Notes under the pieces: model-generated
What the model was told of the DNA's origin: nothing
Seen by the model: the letters and a program-made list of their open reading frames with translations, nothing else
The model's database searches: none
Shown: one piece after another, positions 50,301 to 60,599 of the stretch
Position numbering within the stretch: position 1 is the stretch's first letter
Layout of the letters: every line of letters begins with the position of its first letter
Translations under genes and position numbers: made by a program
From: Macrostomum lignano
Lineage: Eukaryota
DNA: 62,233 bases
Direction of reading: 5' to 3'
Assembly: GCA_002269645.1 (NCBI GenBank)
Contig: NIVC01004059.1
Location: 1-62,233 of the forward strand

Positions 50301-51480
50301 GCCGGGCCTCTGGGCTTCTGCAATGCGTGAAGGAAGCCAGGGTTCTCACAGCAGTTGCGTTTTAGAATGTATTGCATCACATATTTCTTGATTGAGTTAA
50401 AAATTCATCTTCAACTGCAGCTTCATCAACTTCCAACGCTCTTTCAGGTGGAAGTATCAAAAATCGGAGGGAGGGTACATGTAGGTAAAAGCAGATGACC
50501 GAAAGCAGTTGAGAATATTGAAGCGGCTGCTGTCTTCCGTGAGCTGCACCTGAGCAAACCGGTGCTTGGCTGCTGAGAGACGGAGCAGCTGTGTGATGCG
50601 AGCTGGCTGCATTCGAGAGAGGGTTTCGGTGAGAGCAGAGTTCCTGCCTTCGATGGCCATTGCTGCAGCGAAGCTGAGGATGGTGCTGGATTGGAAGAGC
50701 CAGTCAGGCTTGAGGCCGAGAGAGGAAACGACATTTTCGTCAAGGCGAGAGCAAGCCGCGACTGCGTATTGGAAACGGAGATTCGCTCTCTGATCCGGAC
50801 TTGATAGACACGAAATGAGGAACTTGACCACTTCCCACTGGCCATTTCTTGCAGCAGATTTAGCAGTTTTGTTGCAGCAGTGATCTCTTTTTATTTGGTC
50901 AGCGACTGTCGGCACGAGGAACCTGACGACTTCTAGGTGACCATTTCTGGCAGCAGATTCAGCAGCATTGATGCAGCAGTCATCTCTTTGTTTGTGTAGC
51001 GACTGTCCGCACGAGAAACTTGACGGCTTCTAAGTGACCATTTCTTGCAGCAGATTCAGCAGCCTCGATGCTGCACTGATCTCTTTTTGCTTGTTTCGCT
51101 CTCTCATACGGTCTTGAGCGGCATGAGATGAGGAACTTGTGGACTTTTAAGGGACTCTTGATTGCAAAATATTTCGCAGCCTCGATCCTGCACTGACCTC
51201 TTTTTGTGTGATCAGCGACTGGCTCCTCGAGAAACTTGACGAATTCTAAATGACCCTCACTGGCAGTAATTTCTGCAGTTTCAATACAGCACTGATTTCT
51301 TTTTGTTTCGTCAGTGACTGACTCCACGAGAAACTTGACGACTTCCAACTGACCCTTTCTTGCAGCAAGTTGTTTGCAAAATATATATCTCTTTTTCTTT
51401 TGCTGAAGGTCCAGATGATGTCTGAGTGCCTGGATATTCCCATTTTTGGCAGCCTCATCAGCACTGATTTGTTGGCGCAT
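47325..51480 (-). pseudogene. Disrupted ankyrin-repeat + Mab-21/cGAS-like (cGLR) nucleotidyltransferase gene with a ~240-aa C-terminal extension
   Basis: About 7 ankyrin repeats (AARNGHLEVVKFL-type, 51480-50810). NTase motif TGSYAEG-x15-SDID (49705-49625). Mab-21 motifs RVSFSFQEK, LKTYHAKTLLF and CMPHFF (48600-48290). Lesions: frameshifts near 50985 and 50455, in-frame TGA 48651-48653 and TAA 48132-48134. Strong donor G|GTGAGT at 49498/49497. Confidence 0.85.
49915..50157. repeat. 50-bp tandem repeat (x5) inside the ANK-Mab-21 locus
   Basis: CAGGAGAGCTGAGAGTGCAGCTGCTGCAGCACTCAGACTGGCATCTCAAG at exact 50-bp register. Confidence 0.97.
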
Positions 51481-51673
51481 TTTACTTGGTGCGCTGTGAA
51501 GTGCTTTTCACTGGAAGGTAAATATTTTTTGTGTTCGTTTAGTAATTGAATTGGTTGAAAGAGGAAGTCAGACATAGGGGAGAGGGGAAGATGGAAAGAG
51601 GGGCGGTTTCTTGGTTTGAAACGTTAAAAACACGTTTTGAAAAGAGTAAATACCTTAAATTACTTACTGGTGT

Positions 51674-52166
51674 CCGAGTGGCAGATGTCAGTCACGGCTG
51701 CTGTCAGAGTGGCAGATGTGAGTCACGGCTGCTGTCAGAGTGGCAGATGCCAGTCACGGCTGCTGTCAGAGTGGCAGATGTCAGTCACGGCTGCTGTCAG
51801 AGTGGCAGATGTCAGTCACGGCTGCTGTCAGAGTGGCAGATGTCAGTCACGGCTGCTGTCAGAGTGGCAGATGTCAGTCACGGCTGATGTCAGAGTGGCA
51901 GATGTCAGTCACGGCTGCTGTCAGAGTGGCAGATGTCAGTCACGGCTGCTGTCAGAGTGGCAGATGTCAGTCACGGCTGCTGTCAGAGTGGCAGATGTCA
52001 GTCACGGCTGATGTCAGAGTGGCAGATGTCAGTCACGGCTGCTGTCAGAGTGGCAGATGTGAGTCACGGCTGCTGTCAGAGTGGCAGATGTGAGTCACGG
52101 CTGCTGTCAGAGTGGCAGATGTCAGTCACGGCTGCTGTCAGAGTGGCAGATGTCAGTCACGGCTGA
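51674..52166. repeat. 31-bp minisatellite (GTCAGAGTGGCAGATGTCAGTCACGGCTGCT)n, ~16 units
   Basis: Direct reading. Confidence 0.97.
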
Positions 52167-52489
52167 TTTATTATAGATAACATGCTAGATAAGCAGGAGA
52201 AAAAATTCTGGAAATAAAACTTTGCAGTTTTAAATCCAAAATAGAATGTAATAACACAAAAGAGTCGAATCCCTCAAGCACAGGGAATCTCAAGCCTACG
52301 ACTGGTTCTCAAATGGGTTGCGACAGCTTTAGGAGAATTTTCAAAAATCTTCATGTTAATGCAGCCGAAAATGCAGGATTTCAGGACTTCTTTGGGCCCA
52401 TTGAAATTGGAATTGCACCTGCTTTATGGCTCCAATGTTCCAATGTTCACTGGCTGAATTTCATGGCTGGACTTATGCTGAGAATCCCG

Positions 52490-53822
52490 AGCCCCATCCT
52501 TTACTCAGCTTCCGGTACCCATCCGCTACTCAGCTTCCGGTTCCCCATTGTGATAAATAGGCAATTAGATAATAGCATGCACGGTGAGCAATTATTTAGG
52601 CCCTAGACAAACCTACTTGGAGCGTTTGGAGATTTTAAAGCTATTAATCCTAATCGCCTATCGCCGGTCGGCGAGTCCTACCAGTCTTTCTCTAATAGCC
52701 GCAGGTACAGTACAAGAAAATAAAGAACACGAGGGAACACAAACCGAAAGATTTAGAGAGTGATAATCCTATGATACAACTGATGATTGGCTAGACGATT
52801 TAATTTGATTATTCAAGTTCCAGGATTCAAGCAACTCGCGACGCAGATAATTAGACTGATGATAACGAATAGTAACGATTAATAACAATGATTATATTAC
52901 GCACTGACAAGCGGATCTCAGCTCGAAGAAGAAGAAGGAGAACCGAACACGACCACGGAGAAAGACTCCTAACCCCTGGCCTAAGCCAGAACCTACACTC
53001 AAACGAGAGCCCTGCCGAATCGACCGTTCAACGGAGTACCGACTAAATTCTATCGGCACTGCCCTTCAGTGTAACACTGAGGCCCTCGGGGTCGAGGCCG
53101 CGTACTTGATCAGATCCGACAGTCTCTATCTAACCGCGCTTGATAGCGACGACTTCAGACAGGAATTTGCCGTAGACGTTACGCCACAAGACTACTGCGG
53201 TTGGGCGGGAACAAAAATATGGACCGGGGGTGATAAATTCAGGCGCCTCAAAGCGCGAACCAACAAGAGGAGAAAATCGGGCCACCGGCCGGGAAGCTGG
53301 ACAAGACAAAACCGGGGAGAGAGAAGGAAAAAAAGGAGAGAAGGCGAGATCCGATTGCCAAATACACTTTCATTTATAGTCAGAGTCACAACCCCTCAAA
53401 ACCCCCCTCAAGCCGGGTGGTGGTCGTCTGGCCGGCCGCTTGCTTAAGCCGAATTGCACTGTGCCCGCGGCGCCGGGTAGAATTGAAACTTGCCGCGTGC
53501 CAGGGTCCAGGCCGGTTCTGATTGGCTGACCGCGCAAAGCTGGGGTTCGCAGACAAACTCAACCCTCCACTGAGTCACAAAATTGGCGTCTAACTCTAAC
53601 CTGTTTACAATTTTAGATTTCAACCAACTAGAAAAAGTACACAAAAAAACGCATGACTAAACTAAAGCAAAATAACAATTCAATAACAATATAGAAACTA
53701 ATGCAGTCAATTTACAACAAAATACACGCAAAGATGCTCACACTACACCATCCGCTACTCAGCTTCCGGTTCCCCATCCGCTACTCAGCTTCCGGTTCCC
53801 CATCAGCTACTCAGCTTCCGAA
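52490..53822. repeat. 26-bp minisatellite (CCCCATCCGCTACTCAGCTTCCGGTT)n split by a solo LTR
   Basis: Units at 52490-52548 and 53748-53822. Removing the insert and one CCAT restores a perfect unit. Confidence 0.88.
52549..53747 (-). mobile_element. Solo LTR (1199 bp), TG...CA termini, 4-bp TSD CCAT; probably Ty3/Gypsy type
   Basis: CCAT|TGTGATAAAT...CACACTACA|CCAT. Minus orientation is inferred from TATAAA at 53378-53373 followed by a pyrimidine-rich tract, so orientation is less certain than the element itself. Confidence 0.85.
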
Positions 53823-53891
53823 TCCCCAGCCAGCCAACCAGCCCCCGCGGCCTTATTGCAGAGCTGAGCCCAGCATCCCAACTGCTTCATC

Positions 53892-54176
53892 ATGGTATTC
53901 GGCGGAGCTTCCGGTGGCAGCAGGCAGTCGGCGCTGGCGCCGCGCGATCCGAGCGACGAGGCGTTCCGCAAAATCTTCGTCGGCGGCCTCAGTCCCGATG
54001 TGAGCACCGACGGCCTGCGCGAGTACTTTGCCAAGTTCGGCGAAGTCACGGACTGCGTGGCGGTCAAAAACCTGGCCACTCAGCGGTCCAAGGGCTTCGG
54101 CTTCGTCTTCTTCAAGGACGCCGAGACCGTGAATGCGGTGCAGGCCAAGCGGCCCCACACCATTCAGGATAAGGAG
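53892..54176 (+). CDS. First coding exon of an RRM protein, hnRNP A/B-Musashi-DAZAP1 type (RRM1 nearly complete); downstream exons not found
   Basis: RNP2 KIFVGGL, LREYFAKFGEVTDC, RNP1 SKGFGFVFF, RPHTIQDKE. catcATGg start; consensus donor GAG|GTGAGC, phase 0. Confidence 0.88.
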
Positions 54177-54201
54177 GTGAGCGGAGCTCTGAGTAGCCCA
54201 G

Positions 54202-54592
54202 AAATGCCTCAGCTGCTCCCAGCCTCCCAGATGAAGCCTCAAATGCCTCACTCACAGCTGCTCCCAGCCTCCCAGATGAAGCCTCAAATGCCTCACTCAC
54301 AGCTGCTCCCAGCCTCCCAGATGAAGCCTCAAATGCCTCACTCACAGCTGCTCCCAGCCTTCCAGATGAAGCCTCAAATGACTCACTCACAGCTGCTCCC
54401 AGCCTCCCAGATGAAGCCTCAAATGCCTCACTCACAGCTGCTCCCAGCCTCCAGATGAAGCCTCAAATGCCTCACTCACAGCTGCTCCCAGCATTCCAGA
54501 TGAAGCCTCAAATGCCTCACTCACAGCTGCTCCCAGCCTCCCAGATGAAGCCTCAAATTCCTCACTCACAGCTGCTCCCAGCCTCCCAGATG
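54202..54592. repeat. 45-bp minisatellite (CAGCTGCTCCCAGCCTCCCAGATGAAGCCTCAAATGCCTCACTCA)n in the intron after the RRM exon
   Basis: Direct reading. Confidence 0.96.
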
Positions 54593-54716
54593 GTCACACT
54601 TTTGCCCAGCCAAGAGCATGATTTCCTGGACAGGCTGCCTAGATGCCTGCAAAATGCACATATGTAGTGACTCTGAAATTTAAAAAATCAGCAATCAATT
54701 CAATTACCGTATGCAG

Positions 54717-54914
54717 TGGTTGGTTTACATCTTGCTAAAGCCTGCTTTCTTGCTTCAGTTCTTCATGAACTCTTGGACGAAGCAGTGGCCTCTCGCAGCT
54801 GGTCGGAAGTTACTGCGGACGTCTTGTCCTTAGGCAAAGCTCAACAGTTCCGTATTGAAAGCGAATTTTTCGACACTGTAAAAGGCTCAGAGTCAGCCAC
54901 GGCGATGCTGTGGT
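54717..54914 (+). CDS. Candidate symmetric (phase 1-1) 198-nt exon with a death-domain-like pattern
   Basis: atgcag|TG acceptor and T|GTATGT donor. Translation ...SWSEVTADVLSLGKAQQFRIESEFFDTVKGSESATAMLW fits the W...L....I......a..ML.W death-fold pattern by eye only. Confidence 0.35.
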
Positions 54915-55637
54915 GTATGTATCTTTATTTTAAAATAAGGAGAAACAGTCGATTCTATGCCTTTCTCGCTCTCCATTTTATTGTTTTGAACTGCTCTAAC
55001 AAGTGGTAGATCAGTGCGAGCGCTAAATGCCAGGACCGCTACTGACGCTAGCGCAGTGTCCACTGTCCACTGTCCATATTGTCATGAGCGCTACTGTCTT
55101 TAGCCTTCAACTCAAACAGAATTGTTTGTACTGTTTGTACTTACCAGCGAACAAATCGAACTGATGATAAAGTACGTATACTGCGTTTATAACAAATATA
55201 ATAATTTTCGAGACAAAAGTCTCGAGCAATGTGTCTATACCAACTAGAAACAACAGGACTCATTTTGCACCCCTGTATGCCGTGTTCAGTCAGCTCTTTC
55301 CGGCAGCAGGGCCACCCGAGTAGTGAAAGGCAGTCCGAGCAGCTGGGCCCTCCTGAATTCAGCCGGAGCCCGAATCTCAATGGACTCCCGTTCCTCATCT
55401 CCAGCTGCCGCGGGTCTCTTCAGCAGCCTCAGCTGTTCGGCCGGAAGTCTCTCGGGAAGCAGAGTCGTCGAGGTCCCTAATCACTGACGCCAGAGAACTC
55501 ACAGTGTTGAGTCTCAGACTGTGCGCTGTTGAACACCAGTCTACCAGGACACAGTAAAGAGGTCACTTCTCTATTGTGACTGAAAAAGGTGCTTTTGCGC
55601 TGTCCAGTCACCGAGATTTTTCAGTGGGTGGCTTTTC

Positions 55638-56697
55638 AGTGTCTGTATTAATTTCATTTAGTGTCTGTCTCAGTGTCTGTCTCAGTGTCTGTCCTAGTGT
55701 CTGTCCTAGTGTCTGTCCTAGTGTCTGTATTAATTTCATTTAGTGTCTGCCTTAGTGTCTGTCCTAGTGTCTGTCCTAGTGTCTGTCCTAGTGTCTGTCC
55801 TAGTGTCTGTATTTATTTCATTTAGTGTCTGCCTTAGTGTCTGTCCTAGTGTCTGTCCTAGTGTCTGTCCTAGTGTCTGTATTAATTTCATTTAGTGTCT
55901 GCCTTAGTGTCTGTCCTAGTGTCTGTCCTAGTGTCTGTCCTAGTGTCTGTCCTAGTGTCTGTATTAATTTCATTTAGTGTCTGCCTTAGTGTCTGTCCTA
56001 GTGTCTGTCCTAGTGTCTGTCCTAGTGTCTGTATTAATTTCATTTAGTGTCTGCCTTAGTGTCTGTCCTAGTGTCTATTAATTTCATTTAGTGTCTGCCT
56101 TAGTGTCTGTCCTAGTGTCTGTCCTAGTGTCTGTCTTAGTGTCTGTATTAATTTGATTTAGTGTCTGCCTTAGTTTCTGTCCTAGTGTCTGTCCTAGTGT
56201 CTGTATTAATTTCATTTAGTGTCTGCCTTAGTGTCTGTCCTAGTGTCTGTCTTAGTGTCTGTATTAATTTCATTTAGTGTCTGTCTCAGTGTCTGTCTCA
56301 GTATCTGTATTAGTGTCTGTATTAGTGTCTGTCCTAGTTTCTGTCCTAGTGTCTGTATTAATTTCATTTAGTGTCTACCTTAGTGTCTGTCCTAGTGTCT
56401 GTATCAGTGTCTGTCTCAGTGTCTGTCTCAGTGTCTGTATTACGAGCCTGCCTTAGTGTCTGCATCTCGTAGTGTCTGTCCTAGTGTCTGTCTCAGTGTC
56501 TGTATTAGTGTCTGTATTAGTGTCTGTCCTAGTGTCTGTCTCAGTGTATGTCTCAGTGTATGTATTAGCGTCTGTCCTAGTGTCTGTCTCAGTGTCTCTC
56601 TCAGTGTCTGTATTAGTGTCTGTATTAGTGTCTGTCTCAGTGTCTGTCTCAGTGTCTGTCTTAGCGTCTGTCCTAGTGTATGTCCTAGTGTCTGTCT
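55638..56697. repeat. 12-bp minisatellite (TAGTGTCTGTCC / ...TAT / ...CTC)n punctuated by a 22-bp AT-rich unit
   Basis: Direct reading; marker ATTAATTTCATT recurs at spacings of about 22+12n bp. Confidence 0.96.
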
Positions 56698-56935
56698 GAT
56701 GAGTCAGTGGCGCCAATACAGATGAGTCAGTGGCGCCAATACAGATGAGTCAGTGGCGCCAATACAGATGAGTCAGTGGCGCCAATACAGATGAGTCAGT
56801 GGCGCCAATACAGGTGAGTCAGTGGCGCCAATACATATGAGTCAGTGGCGCCAATACAGATGAGTCAGTGGCGCCAATACAGATGAGTCTGTGGCGCCAA
56901 TACAGATGAGTCAGTGGCGCCAATACAGATGAGTT
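56698..56935. repeat. 23-bp minisatellite (GATGAGTCAGTGGCGCCAATACA)n, ~10 units
   Basis: Direct reading. Confidence 0.97.
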
Positions 56936-57639
56936 AGTATCTCAATGCCAATAACTTTCTAAGGTCAAGTGCCCAAGTGTCTCAAAAACGCTTTCATATT
57001 TTTGCGGTTTTCATTTCCTAGAAAGCTGTGGAGCTAAAATATTTTGAACTGCGAGATTTGTTTGTTTGTTTTAATAGAGAACAGAAAAGCTCAGAGAGAT
57101 GCAGAAGATTCAACTGCTCTGCTTCTGTCAGGGAGATTTCATAGAATTTGGGAACAATGGCTTCCGCAAAATGCACTGAGCAATCCAGCTTTGAGCTCCT
57201 TGCAGTCTGCAGTCAGGCTGTGTGGGAGCAGCATGAGAATGAAAAAATAGATGGTGGGGTTCAAAAATTAAAGCTATAATTCTTCTATTATTTCCAAATT
57301 TATTCGCAGTATCATAAGCTAATAAACAAGCTGAATATTTTAACAAAGCAACTTCAACTACTGACATTAACAGATTAATGCATTTGAGCCCTTGAACAAG
57401 CAATAAAAAGGATAAAATCAACTTGCAGACTTACTGAGCTTATTCTGAGCATAGGCACTTAAATAATCCAGGATCATGTATACACAGGGTTTGAAACAAA
57501 AGTGCATTAGGTAAATAATAAACACCGTTTAAGTCACATTCTGTGGTTAGAATGTCCGAGGCTGCATTTAATGGTCCCGAGGCGAGCAAAGCGAGCCGAG
57601 GACCAATGTTGGACAACCACCTTGTGAACCCACTGCAAA

Positions 57640-58330
57640 TTATCGATACAGCACCGGATTTCCGTAATACGCTGGAGGCACACCCCGACGCTCTCGCAAT
57701 CTGTGCAAAGACACGGCTGGCGCCGCTGGAGCTACCAGCGCGTCCGGCGCAACTGGCGCCCCCGGCCTCACTACCCCATGCCGGGGCCCAACAGCCACTG
57801 GTGGCACAACATACAAGTAAAACTCCTCCTCCTCCTCCAGTTCCGACTCTGTAGTCTCCGGCCCTGGGAGCTCCTGTCCGCACCCCGCCAGCTCAGGCGG
57901 ACGCGTCGGCCGGCGCTGCACTGCCGTCTGCCTATCCGTCACCCTAAACTGCTCAGGCCGCTTGGGCACTTTTCGAAATTATTATAATGCACTATTTTGC
58001 TCTTTCCTTTATTAGCGTGCTTTACACGGTATTTCAAATCGGATATCTTCTCTAATACCCTCGCCGGCCTCTTCCAATTGCAATAGAACTTGGCTGCCTC
58101 CACTGCCTGCAGTGCAGGTGAGTATTCTAGGACGGCATCCCCAACTTCTATGGCCGAGCCTCACACCCTTGAGTCGTACAGCACTTTCTGTTTCCTCTGG
58201 TACTGCTGCAGGTTGGTCCGCACCTGCGAATGAGCCTCAGCCAGACTATTACCTAATGACTGAACATACGCCAGAGCACTGGCAGGAATGGACTCAGGCA
58301 AGGTTCCGATGTCCACTCCGATGCTCTTTG
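57640..58330 (-). pseudogene. Gypsy post-catalytic integrase region and C-terminal tail
   Basis: VDIGTLPES...LAEAHSQVRTNLQQYQRKQKVLYD, and terminal LRERRGVPPAYY, are typical of sequence 3' of the DDE core. Confidence 0.7.
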
Positions 58331-59700
58331 CCTGGCCTGTTAATGATCTCAAAGTCGAAGTTCTTGAGCGACTCAAGCCACTGTGCACACTGACCCTCTA
58401 CGTCCTTCAGACTGACTAACAACTGCAGAGCTTTGTGGTCTGAACGAACAGTGAACTTGCTACCTAACAAATAGTACCACCTATACTTTTTTACGAAGTG
58501 CACGACGGCAAGCAGCTCTAATCTGGTAGTGCAATAATTTTTCTCCGCCGCATGAATCATCCTAGACCCGTACGCGATCACCTTCTCACGGCCATCTGCT
58601 TGACGCTGTGACAGGACGGCTCCCAGCCCGACGCGCGAACTCGCGTCCGTGTCGAGGATGAACTCCCCGGCACTAGGCGAAAAATCCGGGAATGCCATCA
58701 CATTCGGTGAACACAAAGCGTCTTTCAGCCTGCAGAACGAGCTCTCCTCTTTACTACCCCACTCAAACTTTACTCTGTCTGCGGTTAACCTATACAGCGG
58801 CACTGCAATTTCCGAAAACTGCGGGATAAATGACTGATAGTAGGCGCGGCACACAACAACAACAAAATACGCTGTCAGGATGGCAAAAGTCAGCGTCAAA
58901 AGTAGGCTCACGTACCCAGGAATGCTTGCACCTTCTTGGCACTACATGGCCTCGGCCAATTCTGGATCTCCTTGCACTTGCTCGGGTCCGTTGCGATTCC
59001 CTCCTGAGAAACGATGTGGCCCAGAAACTTTACCCTCTCTGAGAGGAACACACACTTGGTGGGCTTCAGCTTGACATTGGCATCCCGCAGGCACCGGAAA
59101 ACGTGTTCCAATCGCTCGAGATGCTGACCCACCGACTTGGCGAACACGACTATATCGTCAAAGTACACCAGGCACTCCTTCCAGTTAACCTCAGACAGGG
59201 CCATAGACATTAGCCTGGCGAACGTGGCGGGAGCATTGCGCAAGCCAAAACTCATGCACTTCCAAGCGAACTGACCCCTGTTGGGCACCACGAACGCCGT
59301 TTTCAACTGGTCCTTCGGCTCGATCGGGTACTGATGATAGCCGGAGGCCAGGCCCATCGTCGAGAAAACACATTTCCCGCCTAACGCATCAAGCGTCTCG
59401 TCCATCTGCGGCGGTGGATAAGGATCTGGCACTGTGACCTCGTTGAGCGCCGATAGTCCAGACACAACCTCAAGCTACCGTCGGCCTTTTTAACCGGCAC
59501 GATCGGGCTCGCCCACGGAGAGTAGCAGGGATAGATGCGATCCTGCTGCAACAACTCATCAACCTGCTTATCAATCTCCCCTTTCCAGCGCGGTGGAATC
59601 TTACGCGCGGGCTGACTTTCTGGCTTGGCATTTCCCGTGTCAATCTCATGCGCCATCAGGTTTGACTGCCCCAACTCTGTGCTATCCCTGGCAAAGACAT
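58330..59700 (-). pseudogene. Gypsy reverse transcriptase + RNase H
   Basis: SPWASPIVPVKKADGSLRLCLDYR, STMGLASGYHQ (first catalytic Asp appears as Gly), MSFGLRNAPATF, YFDDIVVF, FLGHIVS; RNase H FILDTDAS, YCTTRLELLAVV, VRSDHKAL. Confidence 0.95.
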
Positions 59701-60229
59701 CACGATTCCGAGCCATCAGAAGCTCAAACTCGTGCTTCTCATCGCCAGTCAGGCCGCAACCTCCCCACTCCTTGACTTTGCTGAGGGGTTCCAGTCGTCT
59801 CGGACACTCTCCACCGAGTTCACCTGCCACCCAGCTGGCTGCTGGGCCGCCACTGGAGAGAACCAACCAATTCAGCTTCCCTTCCTTAATGACAGACTGC
59901 ATCCTGACGTGTTCAACACCCTGACAGCCAAGCGACCGTCCCCATCAGGCATCTGTACCGATCTGGCCACCATTTGCTCGTTACTCACTTTCCTCTCAGA
60001 CTCCACTACGCCTAGGAACTGAACCCCAGAGGGAACCCTTCTCTGAAACCTGACGTGCACCACCTTCTTTTGACCTGCATTGAACTGCTCAGGCTGACTC
60101 AGCACCAGACGGCAAAGACGCGGCTTATCTGCTGATAAGCGAAACGGATACACACAGGATGCAGTCTGCAAGCAATTTCTAGCAAAGTCAATCGCCATCC
60201 GGTGCCTCACAAAAAGTCTGTGCCCAAAA

Positions 60230-60500
60230 TGCATGCCACCGCCAGTTCCTCAACCACAGCGAACTCGTGCACAAACTTCGTGTCCCGACTGAAAACCTCA
60301 TCGTCACCATTCTGTACACAGCAATCGGTTCCCCATTCGCAGCGAAAACGGGAAAATTCGGCAAATCCGGCAATAAGTCAAGGTCGGCTTTTCTAGACTT
60401 CAGGAAACGGTTGCTTAACAACGACACGGTGGCTCCGCTGTCAAGCAGACATGCAATCGGGGGCCCAAACCTGAACTGTGCATCCACATAGCCCAGTCCC
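60230..60500 (-). pseudogene. Gypsy aspartic protease
   Basis: CLLDSGATVSLL at ~60453-60420; AANG motif. Confidence 0.88.
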
Positions 60501-60599
60501 TGCCGACTCAGCGCACTCTGGGACAAGGCCGCGGCCCAGATGCACCCTGATTCACTGACGCTGGGGCCCGGACGGGTGCCCCGGCCGAGCCCCAAATCC

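Noticed and set aside
54177-54667. Read-through of the RRM ORF into ASQMKPQMPHSQLLP repeats as a prion-like tail
   Set aside because: A consensus donor precedes it, the RRM would be incomplete, and the 45-bp array contains a frameshift.
55290-55480. Possible minus-strand terminal exon (LLPERLPAEQLRLLKRP...ERAD*)
   Set aside because: Short, with no recognisable family and competing open frames on both strands; too little support to call.
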